In this document: piece after piece, positions 7,525-8,000 of the stretch
Position numbering within the stretch: position 1 is the stretch's first letter
How the letters are laid out: each line of letters starts with the position of its first letter
Assembly: GCA_030704615.1 (NCBI GenBank)
Contig: JAKLZA010000073.1
Coordinates: 1-8,000, forward strand
Origin: Takakia lepidozioides
Lineage: Eukaryota > Plantae > Bryophyta
Direction: 5' to 3'
DNA length: 8,000 nt
The notes under the pieces: generated by a model
Seen by the model: the letters and a program-made list of their open reading frames with translations, nothing else
Database searches by the model: none
What the model was told of the DNA's origin: nothing
Position numbers and translations under genes: made by a program

Positions 7525-8000
7525 TGCGATGAGTAGCGGCTTTTGGAGTGACTGCTCGAGCAGTTGGAGCTGTCGATAATACCACCAACGTGTCGGCTCG
7601 TCGTCACTCTATCATCCCCATCAATCGTGAGAATCACATCGCAATGAAAACACATCGCAACCACATCGCAACGTGGAACAACAAGAAAACACAAAACCAA
7701 TATGGAGTGGCATGGGAACAACAATGAAAACAACCCAAGTAATCCCTAAGAATCACATGCAGAAACAACCTTTTCCAGAGCTGCCAGCTTTGCACACACA
7801 TTGCAAACTATCTAAGGTTCACTCAACTTGTAACTTGCTGAAATCAATATGAAAATTTAAGGACGATTTCGATAAGACGGGAAAAGTGGGTGAAATGTTT
7901 TGAAGGCACTTCATCTGCCCAGACAATCTTCTCAGCTCAACATGGATTTCCTTAATTCTGGGATGCAACCTGTCATCTACAGCGAAGGTGTGCACCCTGT
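7525..8000 (-). repeat. Putative 5' LTR, 3' portion (R/U5); far boundary not determinable
   Basis: Ends ...CTCATCGCA just before the PBS. A GT/T-rich sense-strand tract at about 7640-7735 is typical of U5. No second LTR is in the window to confirm it. Confidence 0.55.
7635..7671. repeat. Three exact copies of CACATCGCAA
   Basis: Copies at 7635-7644, 7651-7660 and 7662-7671. Confidence 0.9.

Larger units (their letters stand above)
1..8000 (-). mobile_element. Ty3/gypsy LTR retrotransposon, non-chromovirus (Athila/Tat-related) type; 3' end lies beyond the window
   Basis: Domain order is gag-PR-RT-RH-INT (gypsy order). RT motifs KDHFPLPF, YSFMDGFSGYNQ, MPFGLCNAPATFQR and VFLDDFSV, and the pre-RT motif DVFA(W)SYEDLKGI, resemble plant OTA-group elements. 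A Lys-type PBS lies upstream. Lineage is inferred from recalled motifs, and the 8000 boundary is unverified. Confidence 0.95.

Noticed and set aside
7350-7733. ORFs 7404-7733 (-) and 7350-7532 (+)
   Set aside because: They span the LTR/PBS junction, have non-ATG starts or biased composition, and show no protein motifs.

Overview
The window holds the 5' three-quarters of a plant-type Ty3/gypsy LTR retrotransposon on the minus strand, most likely a non-chromovirus of the Athila/Tat (OTA)-related group. Along the element the order is: probable 3' part of the 5' LTR (>=7525), a tRNA-Lys-like primer binding site (7501-7520), a leader with 19 copies of a ~10-bp GGCTGTG repeat (7121-7305), an extra 231-aa ORF upstream of gag with an F-box-like motif (5901-6596), and one gag-PR-RT-RNaseH-integrase frame running off the left edge. 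The three large ORFs in the track are one frame split by three single stops (4669, 2542, 229), each explainable by one C-to-T type change. A probable frameshift near 5760 separates the likely ATG, so this copy looks like an inactivated but little-decayed element. The most interesting items are the F-box-like extra ORF, the helically phased leader repeat array, and a Gag with three zinc knuckles around an RGNYQ repeat region. Lineage, host and function assignments come from motif recall, not database searches.
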